A program made the position numbers and the translations under genes. A stretch of 64,000 nucleotides of DNA from a virus, in IMG/VR virus record IMGVR_UViG_3300006990_004842, positions 1-64,000 of that record. One strand, given 5' to 3'. Numbering within the stretch: the first letter of the stretch is position 1; every line of letters starts with the position of its first letter. Shown here in pieces: positions 28,889-37,746 of the stretch. Under the pieces are notes generated by a model. That model did not search any database. It had not been told where the DNA came from and worked only from the letters and a program-made list of their open reading frames with translations.

Positions 28889-29263
28889 ATGAATGAGATA
28901 GATAGACTACAACATTTAGCAGGTATTGTAACAGAAAAAGATGCCGGTGACAGTAACAATGTCAAGATGGCAGTTGGTCATGTTGATAACGAAAGAGACA
29001 TGATTCGTAGAGAACTATTTCAAATGGGTAGTTACTGTGTTGAACTATTCAAAATGCTAGATGAATTACCTGATGCAGATTTCCCACATTGGTGGCAAGC
29101 AAAAATTGTCAAAGCAGGCACGTATTTAAGTGGTGCAAAACACTATTTAGAAAATTCATTATCAGTACCGCCCGGTGATGATATGACACAAGATGGTACT
29201 GGTCCTGGTGATATTGAAGTATCAGATCCAGACTATAATGACGACCCTAGTGGCGTCAGTTAA
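28889..29263 (+). CDS. small acidic late protein
   Basis: MNEIDRLQHLAGI start; FPHWWQAKI..A..YL motif. Confidence 0.7.
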   Translation: MNEIDRLQHLAGIVTEKDAGDSNNVKMAVGHVDNERDMIRRELFQMGSYCVELFKMLDELPDADFPHWWQAKIVKAGTYLSGAKHYLENSLSVPPGDDMTQDGTGPGDIEVSDPDYNDDPSGVS

Positions 29264-30140
29264 ATTTATACTCAACTGCTGACAGTATCAAATCTAAAAT
29301 ACAATATTGACCTAGTAAACTAGGGTGTCCACCGTCAGGAAACAGATAAGGTTTTATATACGGATCATCTATTGAATCTTTGTAAAACTTTTGTTGTTCA
29401 TTCATTTCATCTAATACTTTGTAATCCCAATCAGTGTTTACTTTAATATCAGTAGACAACTTCCAATACCCAAAATCTAGAAGATCATGTTGAGAAAAAT
29501 ATCCATGATTTACATGTTGCTTTATCAATGTGGCAATAACATCATCTGCGCCTAATACAACTGGTGCATTTTTATTTAATCGTTTCCACTTGTTAAATGT
29601 GCTTTTATCAAACTTACTGTGTCCACCTAACAAAATTACTTGTTGTTTATTTTCTATTGCCCAGTCTGCTATGTTAATTAAACTGGTAGTGTTTATTTGC
29701 TCAATGTAATTATCAAGTTCTTTTTTATTGTGTACTGGTGCATCTGTGGCTAGGCCTCTAATTATATTAGAATAAAAAATTACAGAATAGCCTTCTTCAA
29801 TTGTGCTATCCCATAGATGAGGACTGTTATTCCAATTTAGTCTCTCTACTATTCCGCCATTTAATTTTGTTGCTAGTATAGAACCTACTGTTATATTCCA
29901 ATCTTGTGCTGGAAAGCAGAAACATTTAGTTGTGTGTCCTAAATGTTTTAGATAGATATCATATAAACTATGACCTTGTGTCCAAGAATGCTCATGACCT
30001 AAATAATCTGTTACAGCAATTTTATTTAGATCTATTAATTGATTGCTACGGATGTATGGTGGCTCTGAGGCACCTTTTCCCTTAGGGCCTAAATTCCAAG
30101 TCCAATACCAACTGTCACCAAAGAAATTAAAATTAGCCAT
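29256..30140 (-). CDS. SGNH hydrolase-like protein, paralogue 2
   Basis: FFGDSW; DGGHPS. Confidence 0.55.
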   Translation of the reverse strand: MANFNFFGDSWYWTWNLGPKGKGASEPPYIRSNQLIDLNKIAVTDYLGHEHSWTQGHSLYDIYLKHLGHTTKCFCFPAQDWNITVGSILATKLNGGIVERLNWNNSPHLWDSTIEEGYSVIFYSNIIRGLATDAPVHNKKELDNYIEQINTTSLINIADWAIENKQQVILLGGHSKFDKSTFNKWKRLNKNAPVVLGADDVIATLIKQHVNHGYFSQHDLLDFGYWKLSTDIKVNTDWDYKVLDEMNEQQKFYKDSIDDPYIKPYLFPDGGHPSLLGQYCILDLILSAVEYKFN

Positions 30141-30978
30141 TTGTATTATTAACTAACTCGTCTGCATATTCAGGCCAAAACTTTCCTGCACGTGGTCCTC
30201 CATTACCTGTACCATCGCTTTCGCCTGGTACCTTGATCCAAAGAAACGCATCACACAATTCTTCGCCTGTGTCTGTTGTTGGAGGTATACCTAATGCTCT
30301 ACCTGGAGGATTGCACCATTCGTTGCCATAAGGACCATTACCATTACGACTAGTGTCTATTACAAAGTGTTTTAACTTAGCATGTTCGCTTACACGTTTA
30401 GACCACGACATACTTTCCTTGGTACTTCTAAAGTTGCTTACGTTAACACTAAAGCCTCTACAACCGTCTACATAAACAGCATTAAGCATCTTACCTGCTT
30501 GTTCTGGGTCTAACCAATTACTGTGTCCTATATCCACATACACTTTTGCGGCACAATTTTTTGTGATGATTTTTAATCCTTGCCGCATAAGACCATGTCT
30601 CCATTGCATAGCCTCCTCGTCCATTAAAGTAGAATGGGGTAATGCATCTGGTTCATAGATTAAAATGACTTCTCTGTCGCCTATTTGTTTTGATATCTCA
30701 TCACAAAAATTTAGATAATCTTCTGTGTATTTTGCACCACCTTTACTGTGATGTCCCATGTCTCTATCTGGAATATTGTAAATTACCATAATAGGCAAGT
30801 ATGGGTCTGTGCGTTTGAAAAAACGTTTAAGTCTCTTATCTAAATTGCAAGTACCTCTACCATTGCGTTCACCAAACCAAAATGATACTGGATGTTCAAA
30901 TATTTTACTTACTGATGGATAAACTAATTTATGATCTTTGACTCTATCGAAATCATTGATATAGAATGGGTAGTCCAT
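30133..30978 (-). CDS. glycoside hydrolase family 6 (endoglucanase-like)
   Basis: YNIPDRD, YEPDAL, YVDIGHSNWL, GFSVNVSNF, IDTSRNG, WCNP, WIKVPGESDG. Confidence 0.92.
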   Translation of the reverse strand: MDYPFYINDFDRVKDHKLVYPSVSKIFEHPVSFWFGERNGRGTCNLDKRLKRFFKRTDPYLPIMVIYNIPDRDMGHHSKGGAKYTEDYLNFCDEISKQIGDREVILIYEPDALPHSTLMDEEAMQWRHGLMRQGLKIITKNCAAKVYVDIGHSNWLDPEQAGKMLNAVYVDGCRGFSVNVSNFRSTKESMSWSKRVSEHAKLKHFVIDTSRNGNGPYGNEWCNPPGRALGIPPTTDTGEELCDAFLWIKVPGESDGTGNGGPRAGKFWPEYADELVNNTNG

Positions 30979-30983
30979 ATATC

Positions 30984-31493
30984 CTAGGCCATTTGCTGTC
31001 TGATAAGTTTTTTAATGTTTTTATCTCGTTTTTTAATAGCACGTTGTAACTTCATGTCACTGGCATACTCTAGAAATACTTTGCCTTCAAGGTGATCGTA
31101 TTCATGTAAAAAACATCTAGTATCTATTCCTGTTAGCTCTTCTTCAACAAATTCTTTATCTGCATTTTGATACTTGACTTTGATTGCCGCAGGTCTTGTT
31201 AGAATTACAAACAGTAAAGGGAAAGTTAAACAACCTTCCTCTATGCTAATAGACTCATCAGATACACTAATTATCTCAGGATTATATACACCTATCTCAC
31301 CATGTACAGTGTGGTGCATTACAAACATTCTGTAATTATGGCCTACTTGATTTGAACTTAGGCCAACACCAAACCTTTCTCCCATTAGAGTAAGCATGTC
31401 TTGTTCATAAGACTTGACATCATCTAATTCAAAAGGGTCGGTTGTACAGCGAGTTATAATTGCTGGATGATTAGGTTCTACTAATTTTAACAT
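30984..31493 (-). CDS. def: peptide deformylase
   Basis: GVGLSSNQ, EGCLT, HEYDHLEG. Confidence 0.93.
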   Translation of the reverse strand: MLKLVEPNHPAIITRCTTDPFELDDVKSYEQDMLTLMGERFGVGLSSNQVGHNYRMFVMHHTVHGEIGVYNPEIISVSDESISIEEGCLTFPLLFVILTRPAAIKVKYQNADKEFVEEELTGIDTRCFLHEYDHLEGKVFLEYASDMKLQRAIKKRDKNIKKLIRQQMA

Positions 31494-31501
31494 ACAAGTA
31501 T

Positions 31502-31798
31502 TTATGCAGTATGTTTACAGTTTCCACGAAATGTGAATCCAGGACATGAACATTTGCCATCTTCAATGTAGTAAACTTTACCATTGCTACCTTGTACAGT
31601 AACCACACCAACGGCTACCTCTTCAGGTCGTTCACCAATCTTTTTGAACTTACGTCTTGCTTTAGAGAACTGCTTGATTGGATTCTTGAACACTGTGTCG
31701 TTGTGCTGAACAAGTTGTCCAGCACCATTCACATGATACACGCCATTAGCGACTTTGTATTTGCCCCACTCAGTTACTTCTTGTAGTATCTCAATCAT
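31502..31798 (-). CDS. SWIM zinc-finger protein
   Basis: C-terminal CSCPGF...CKH. Confidence 0.75.
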   Translation of the reverse strand: MIEILQEVTEWGKYKVANGVYHVNGAGQLVQHNDTVFKNPIKQFSKARRKFKKIGERPEEVAVGVVTVQGSNGKVYYIEDGKCSCPGFTFRGNCKHTA

Positions 31799-32321
31799 CA
31801 GCAGTCTCTATAACAATTTTTGCACGTTCTACTAATACAGGATCAGCATCAACCAGCAGATCAAGTATCCTCAATTTTTCTTTCTTGTACACTTTCCAAA
31901 AGTTTGGATCATTTTTGTAAATGTCCAACGAATTATCAATAAGGTCTGCAATCTTGATTGTCTGTGCATCAGCAGGACCTTTAGAGTAGTGTACAGCATC
32001 TATTTCTTTTCTAGTGGCTCGATTGCCATCTTCTGGCTTACTGATGTCTGTTAACCAGTAAACAAGATTAGCAACTGTATCACCAAACTCTCTTTCAATC
32101 TCATCAATAGTTACGTCGGTGTCTTCAACTACATCATGTAAGTATGCCGCCGCAATCATTTCTGGTGTGTGCTTAACCGTTGCAACAATTTTGGAAACAG
32201 CCACAGGATGGATAATGTAAGAAGCACCCGAGTACTTCCTTTGTTGTCCATCGTGGGCCTTGGTAGCAAAATCCAAGGCTCTCTGTGGCATATCCCAATT
32301 ATGCATTATTGCATCGTGCAT
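31791..32321 (-). CDS. stand-alone RelA/SpoT-type HD hydrolase (Mesh1/small alarmone hydrolase-like)
   Basis: AHDGQQRK..YIIHP, LHDVVEDT, KIADLIDN. Confidence 0.85.
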   Translation of the reverse strand: MHDAIMHNWDMPQRALDFATKAHDGQQRKYSGASYIIHPVAVSKIVATVKHTPEMIAAAYLHDVVEDTDVTIDEIEREFGDTVANLVYWLTDISKPEDGNRATRKEIDAVHYSKGPADAQTIKIADLIDNSLDIYKNDPNFWKVYKKEKLRILDLLVDADPVLVERAKIVIETADD

Positions 32322-32647
32322 TAATCTAACCTTGAGTTTGCGTATACTTTGGCTTCAGGGAAGTACTTTCGAATCACATCAACGTATGCTCGAGCACCTT
32401 CTTCCTTCTCAACAATACACTGACCACCAGTGTTTGCAGGATCCCACAATTTGTAGCCTCCGTCGTAGGCCTTAGAAAAGCCACCGTTCTTCACAAAGCT
32501 CTTACCGAACTTAGTGTTGCCTTTCTCGTAGGAAGTAACCCATGCAAAGCCACAACCAAAGAATCCATTAGGATGTTGTGATCTGTGTTTGGCTACTGCG
32601 TTCTTGGCCGCTTCGATTGCTTCGTTATGAATTTCTACTGTCAACAT
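32321..32647 (-). CDS. conserved phage early protein
   Basis: CGFAWV...KE.GA.AY...SRLD. Confidence 0.7.
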   Translation of the reverse strand: MLTVEIHNEAIEAAKNAVAKHRSQHPNGFFGCGFAWVTSYEKGNTKFGKSFVKNGGFSKAYDGGYKLWDPANTGGQCIVEKEEGARAYVDVIRKYFPEAKVYANSRLD

Positions 32648-33063
32648 TATACTGCCTCCTGGATTTTTGCAAGACGCTCGTCTCTGTAAGCAAGAGCTCC
32701 TTCGCCTAAGTAGATGTTACCATCTGTGTGTCTGAACAAAGTGTCTAGTGATGCTGATTGGTCTTTGTTCTTTTGTATTAGTGAGAACTCAGCCTGTTCA
32801 AAAGTGATAGCACCAATTTGTACAAAATCCAAAAGCATGTCTGCAAAAGGAACCTCACCGTTTGATTTCCAAACTGTAAGTCCATCGACTTGAGCAGTAT
32901 CTTGAAACTTCTCCTCAATACTTTTTGAGAAGTCATTACGCTTCTGGTCTGTGAAAAGAACATCACCTGTAAAGGTTCTGTTTTCTGGATTGCTACTAGC
33001 AAGACCAAAACGTTCTTTGTTTACTGTCTCACCTGCAATCTTTACGGTATTTTCTAAAATCAT
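32647..33063 (-). CDS. early hypothetical protein
   Basis: AGGAG RBS; WKSNGEVPFADML. Confidence 0.7.
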   Translation of the reverse strand: MILENTVKIAGETVNKERFGLASSNPENRTFTGDVLFTDQKRNDFSKSIEEKFQDTAQVDGLTVWKSNGEVPFADMLLDFVQIGAITFEQAEFSLIQKNKDQSASLDTLFRHTDGNIYLGEGALAYRDERLAKIQEAV

Positions 33064-33093
33064 TTACAACTCCTATTTCCTAACTATGTATAT

Positions 33094-33121
33094 AGTATAG
33101 CAAATTTTGAGGATTTGTCAA
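33094..33121 (-). promoter_or_regulatory. early promoter
   Basis: TTGACA-16-TATACT with TGC extension. Confidence 0.8.
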
Positions 33122-33141
33122 CCGTTTTGAGGGTGTGTAAC

Positions 33142-33351
33142 CTATTGATTTTGCTGATATTCTGCAGAATCTTCGGGTCTAATAAACTCAATATCGCCGT
33201 TTGAATGGCGTTTGAATAGCAAGAATTTGGATAACATTAGTGTTTCAATGGTAGCATCAGCACCTTTTCTGACTCCAGATTTGAAGCCAACCCATAAGCC
33301 AAATGCTGTGCCCACAACGTAGGCCACAGCAAAAAGTACATATAATTCCAT
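33142..33351 (-). CDS. small membrane protein
   Basis: N-terminal TM helix; coupled to upstream stop. Confidence 0.6.
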   Translation of the reverse strand: MELYVLFAVAYVVGTAFGLWVGFKSGVRKGADATIETLMLSKFLLFKRHSNGDIEFIRPEDSAEYQQNQ

Positions 33352-33863
33352 TAAGCAATTACTCCATTTGCTAAGTCGTATTGTATAGCAAGGCTGTCAT
33401 ACAATTTGTAATATTCAGCATCACTATTTGGTCTGTGATCACTGCCATAAAGGTCAGCATCTACAAAGTTCCAGTTGATTGAACCATCTTCTTCAACATT
33501 CTCAGGTGAACTAACAGCATTGTTAAATGCTCTTGCAAAGTCTGGATTGTACTCAGCAGTTCTGTAGTTCATGCTTTTTGCAAAGAAACCTAATTTCTCA
33601 AGTTGCAATACCAATGCATTCATGCCTGGAAATTTACCAGTGTCTTCATACTCACCTAAAGTGATTTGCATTGGATCATCAATGACATAATATTCACTGT
33701 CAGATGGAACAAAATCTAGTTCAGCAACAAACTCTTCGACAAGTTCTTTGCCTTTTTCAAATGCTTCTGCATCTCTGGTTCTGTATTGGAAGTCATGGAT
33801 TTCATGACCTTTCATTAAGCCTGTTGGCTCTTTTTGCATTCCTAAAATTCTAATACTCAACAT
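33351..33863 (-). CDS. early hypothetical protein
   Basis: AGGAG RBS; C-terminal DGSINWNFVDADLY motif. Confidence 0.7.
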   Translation of the reverse strand: MLSIRILGMQKEPTGLMKGHEIHDFQYRTRDAEAFEKGKELVEEFVAELDFVPSDSEYYVIDDPMQITLGEYEDTGKFPGMNALVLQLEKLGFFAKSMNYRTAEYNPDFARAFNNAVSSPENVEEDGSINWNFVDADLYGSDHRPNSDAEYYKLYDSLAIQYDLANGVIA

Positions 33864-33897
33864 AAAAACTCCTACCTTTTTATTTAATTACTATACT

Positions 33898-33925
33898 AGT
33901 ATAGCAAATTTTTGAGATTTGTCAA
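33898..33925 (-). promoter_or_regulatory. early promoter, near-duplicate of 33094-33121
   Basis: TTGACA-16-TATACT. Confidence 0.8.
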
Positions 33926-33929
33926 CCAG

Positions 33930-33952
33930 AAAAAAAGGGCGTTTCCGCCCTT
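33930..33952 (-). terminator. rho-independent terminator
   Basis: AAGGGCG-GAAA-CGCCCTT followed by a T run. Confidence 0.88.
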
Positions 33953-33971
33953 GTTTGTAAGGCAAACTTAC

Positions 33972-35021
33972 TTATTGGCAAACATATAATCCGTCACTGT
34001 TTGGACTACAAGTAATTGGATCTGCCAATTCTTGACCAAGCAAATCAATAGTGTTTTGCATGTCTGCAATGATTGCAGTATAGTTAGTACCCTGTGAATC
34101 AAGCAAATTCATGCCTGTTGTACCAACTGTGCCTACAGCATCGATACCTGCTGTACCAAGTGTAGTAAGGTTTGTCATACCTGCTGTACCTAGGTTTTCC
34201 ATTCCATTCATACCAGCAAGGCTTACTGCACTGATTGTGGTCATACCATATTGACTAACTTCATTTAGATTAGTCATGCCTGCAATACCAACATTCTCAA
34301 TACCAGTCATACCAGCAAGACCAAGTGTAGCCATGCCTTCCATACCAGTAGTAGCAATGCTGTCGGCAGTTGCAAAGCCTAAGCCAGCCACTGTGGTAGT
34401 TGCATTAAACCCTGTTGTTGCAATGTTTGCATTGGCATCGAAGCCAGCACCTGCAATACTGTCAGCAGTGTTTAATCCTGCAACACCTAATTCAACAGTT
34501 TGCCCACCAGCAACATTTAGTGCATCAAATCCAGCAATACCTAAATTAGCAAGTTGTTGTCCACTTGCCGCGGCACCCTGTGACCAGGATTCACCCAGAC
34601 TGGAAACCATGTTTTGCTGTCCTAACTGAATTGATTCGTTAGATGCAAAACTTGCAAGTTGAATATCACGTGCATTATTGCTTGAATTTTTAGCCACATC
34701 TGATTGAATCCATAAGCCGCCAAGTGTTGCAACTGGTGTTGCAAGTACTTTAGCCCAACTTAGTGCTTGGTCTTCAATATATTGTGGGGCGATTGTAGCA
34801 TCCTTGCTCATTGCAATAGCCATCGTGGCCACTGCTTTTGATGCCGCGTCACCAGAGTTTGCAATAGTGGCTAACGCCCTATAACGTGCTTCGGATTGTG
34901 CGGCTTGTGCTTGTGCTGACTGTTGCACTGCGAGATAGTAGTCTGACCTAGCACCAGAATTGGCACAGGCAGATACTAATACAGTGGCAGTTAACACAAA
35001 CAATAGTCTAACTACGTTCAT
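33972..35021 (-). CDS. lipoprotein with twelve 11-residue Gly-containing repeats
   Basis: Lipobox VSAC; in-register 11-mers at 34095-34490; C-terminal C-x9-C. Confidence 0.75.
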   Translation of the reverse strand: MNVVRLLFVLTATVLVSACANSGARSDYYLAVQQSAQAQAAQSEARYRALATIANSGDAASKAVATMAIAMSKDATIAPQYIEDQALSWAKVLATPVATLGGLWIQSDVAKNSSNNARDIQLASFASNESIQLGQQNMVSSLGESWSQGAAASGQQLANLGIAGFDALNVAGGQTVELGVAGLNTADSIAGAGFDANANIATTGFNATTTVAGLGFATADSIATTGMEGMATLGLAGMTGIENVGIAGMTNLNEVSQYGMTTISAVSLAGMNGMENLGTAGMTNLTTLGTAGIDAVGTVGTTGMNLLDSQGTNYTAIIADMQNTIDLLGQELADPITCSPNSDGLYVCQ

Positions 35022-35127
35022 GATTGTATCCTCTTTGTTTATATAAACTACTCGTCAAAGTATTCCTCAACGAAACACTTTGAAAGTAACTCAAACAATG
35101 CATGATACCACTGTACATTGAAACAAC

Positions 35128-35155
35128 ATTATATAACATGCCAAGTAATTGTCAA
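35128..35155 (-). promoter_or_regulatory. early promoter
   Basis: TTGACA-16-TATAAT, followed by a roughly 100-nt leader. Confidence 0.75.
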
Positions 35156-35199
35156 CCTATATATGCTGTGTAAAGGTATTTATTGTAGTAAATAACATT

Positions 35200-36345
35200 A
35201 TGCAAGATAATTTGAACAGAAATATAACTGCTATGTACGGGTCAGTAATAGACACAGTACACATTAAAAAGCCTGTGCTATATCATTGTTTAATAAGACA
35301 AAAGGATTATGATGCACTAGACTTTAATCCACATGACGGCACAACGTATGTGCCAAAATTTGATTTCAGTGGTATATGGAGTAAGCAGGAAATTAGACAA
35401 ATAGTGTTTTCTAAGGGTGCTGTAATTGTTGATTTTTCCGGAGAAAATTATCATGATAATCTTGATGTATGTAAAGGTGTCGTTGATGCGTTAGGTGAAC
35501 TAGGAATACCTGGTAATCAAGTAATATATCTCAGTGGTAAACACAATGAAGCATCTATAAGAAAAACATCTGCGTATGTTTTACACTTGCCTGTGTTTGA
35601 TTATTACATGAGAAAAAGATACAACGACAGTGTAGATCGGGTAAAATTTTTGCAGGATAATACACAAGAAAAATTATTTGTATGCCCGATGCGTAGACTG
35701 CACAGTCTTAAAACATTTCGCACTAGAATGTTACTTGATATGTATGATGCTGATTGTATACAACATGGCATGATATCACATATGAGTATGCCTGAAAATT
35801 ACAGACGTTTTTTTACAGATGAAGAATGTAAAAAACTAGACAGTATTCTACCTTTGTGGATCGATTATAATATGGATGACACACACGGAAGTGAAATATC
35901 ACACGATCCTTATAAGGGTAAAGGTTACTTATCACCATATTCAGACATGATGGTAAACACATATTTTCATGCTACTGTTGAAACCTGGATAGATCAATTC
36001 TTCATAACAGAAAAAACATTTAGGCCAATGTATCACAAGATGCCTGTGCTTATATTAGGTGGCGTAGGATCAAACACAAAAATACAAGAGTATGGATATA
36101 AGACATACGAAGACTGGTTTGATTTGAGTTGGGACAACGAGCCTGATGATAACAAAAGAATTAAATGCTATGTTAAAGAAATACAACGTGTATGCAACTT
36201 GCTAAAAAATATGTCTGTGCAAGAACGCATAGATTGGAGTACAAAAAATTTAGAAGTGTTAGAACACAATTACAATAACATGAAACAATCTAATTTTTTA
36301 GAGAACCAATTTGCCAAATTAGCAGACTATGTGAACCAACTATGA
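35200..36345 (+). CDS. glycosyltransferase-like protein, paralogue 5
   Basis: CPMRR; HATVET..FITEKTFRP...GYKTYEDWFDLSWD; start placed 5 nt after TAAATA. Confidence 0.55.
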   Translation: MQDNLNRNITAMYGSVIDTVHIKKPVLYHCLIRQKDYDALDFNPHDGTTYVPKFDFSGIWSKQEIRQIVFSKGAVIVDFSGENYHDNLDVCKGVVDALGELGIPGNQVIYLSGKHNEASIRKTSAYVLHLPVFDYYMRKRYNDSVDRVKFLQDNTQEKLFVCPMRRLHSLKTFRTRMLLDMYDADCIQHGMISHMSMPENYRRFFTDEECKKLDSILPLWIDYNMDDTHGSEISHDPYKGKGYLSPYSDMMVNTYFHATVETWIDQFFITEKTFRPMYHKMPVLILGGVGSNTKIQEYGYKTYEDWFDLSWDNEPDDNKRIKCYVKEIQRVCNLLKNMSVQERIDWSTKNLEVLEHNYNNMKQSNFLENQFAKLADYVNQL

Positions 36346-37520
36346 ACAAATGGCAGATAGGTAAAGACGCTTCAAATGAATCTTTGAGAACTTTTGACAT
36401 TGCATTAAATGGTTTGTCGTTTGAGCAATTCTTATACCCTATTATGGGCGAAGGTGAATATGACTTGCAAACAATCGCAAAGTCCAGTATCTTGCCTTTA
36501 GATCAAGGTGATATATCACAGCCAACCCATTATAAAGACCTATTTGTAAAACCCAAAAAAGGTTATACAAGATTACCAACATTGCAATTATTCCTAGGCG
36601 TATGGAATCACAAGTATACAAATTATTTTTCAGCAATATCACCTGCTGTATTACAAATGTTAAAAAACAAAGGAGTAGTGATTGTGTTCAACAACTTCAG
36701 TGAAGCATGGCCGCATGACATGTATAACATTCCTATTGCTATAGAAAATGAAGCAATTAAATATGGCTTTCCATTAGAAAACATTGTTTACATTTCAGGT
36801 AATATGTACGACCGTGAACGTTATATAAAGGAAAGTATATATAAAACACTAAATGTAGTCAGCATTTCTTACTGGCATGTGATGACACATTTTAATAATC
36901 ACAACTTTGATCATTATAAAAAACCTGCTACATACAATAAAATATATGCTTGTTTGATGAGGAAAAACAGAATACACAGAAAAAAATTGCTAGACATGCT
37001 CGAAGAGAATAACTTATCTCAACATGGCTTGATTTCCTTTCCAGATGTTCATCAAATTGATCAGCCATTACACAGTGTACAGTTTCTCAATACACTAGAA
37101 CACATACATCAAGATTGTATGTTTAGTATTACAGCAGAAACACATCATAACAGCACAGTTTACACAGAAAAAGTTATCAAACCAATGTTATGCAGAATGC
37201 CACAACTGATAATCGGCAATGTGAATGCAAACAGAGATCTCAAATTAGCAGGTTATAAAACGTATGAGGACTGGTTTGATTTAAGTTGGGATAGCGAAAA
37301 CGACTTAGAAAAGAGGCTTCATTGTGCTGTTGAAGAAATTAAAAGTGCTGTAAGACGGTTATACGCACTCACAGACACCGAAAAGCATGCCTGGGTGAAC
37401 AAAAATACAGAAGTTTTAGAACATAATTATCAACAAACAGTTAATAATAATGCTTGTAAAAAAGAACTAATTAGGCTTTTGAATGTCTTGAATACTGATC
37501 CAGTAAAGCCTGACCAGTAA
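36342..37520 (+). CDS. glycosyltransferase-like protein, paralogue 6
   Basis: CLMRKNRIHR; SITAET..YTEKVIKP...GYKTYEDWFDLSWD (same block as paralogue 5). Confidence 0.55.
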   Translation: MNKWQIGKDASNESLRTFDIALNGLSFEQFLYPIMGEGEYDLQTIAKSSILPLDQGDISQPTHYKDLFVKPKKGYTRLPTLQLFLGVWNHKYTNYFSAISPAVLQMLKNKGVVIVFNNFSEAWPHDMYNIPIAIENEAIKYGFPLENIVYISGNMYDRERYIKESIYKTLNVVSISYWHVMTHFNNHNFDHYKKPATYNKIYACLMRKNRIHRKKLLDMLEENNLSQHGLISFPDVHQIDQPLHSVQFLNTLEHIHQDCMFSITAETHHNSTVYTEKVIKPMLCRMPQLIIGNVNANRDLKLAGYKTYEDWFDLSWDSENDLEKRLHCAVEEIKSAVRRLYALTDTEKHAWVNKNTEVLEHNYQQTVNNNACKKELIRLLNVLNTDPVKPDQ

Positions 37521-37746
37521 GTCTTTCACCAAAAACATGTATAAGTTTTCCGGCCTTATACCTTTCTATGACCCCATTGTTATAGGCACGGTCTGTAACA
37601 CATTGGTCACCTTCTGTGTCTTGTGGTCTATCATCATACCACATACTACTCAATGAATGTACATGAAGGTCTTTAAGACCTTTTGCCCACTCTTCTGCTT
37701 CAAGTAATAATCTTTGCCTTTCCACTGCTTTATTATGTTCAGTCAT
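37471..37746 (-). CDS. hypothetical protein
   Basis: ATGA overlap with exonuclease stop; MWYDDRP. Confidence 0.6.
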   Translation of the reverse strand: MTEHNKAVERQRLLLEAEEWAKGLKDLHVHSLSSMWYDDRPQDTEGDQCVTDRAYNNGVIERYKAGKLIHVFGERLTGQALLDQYSRHSKA

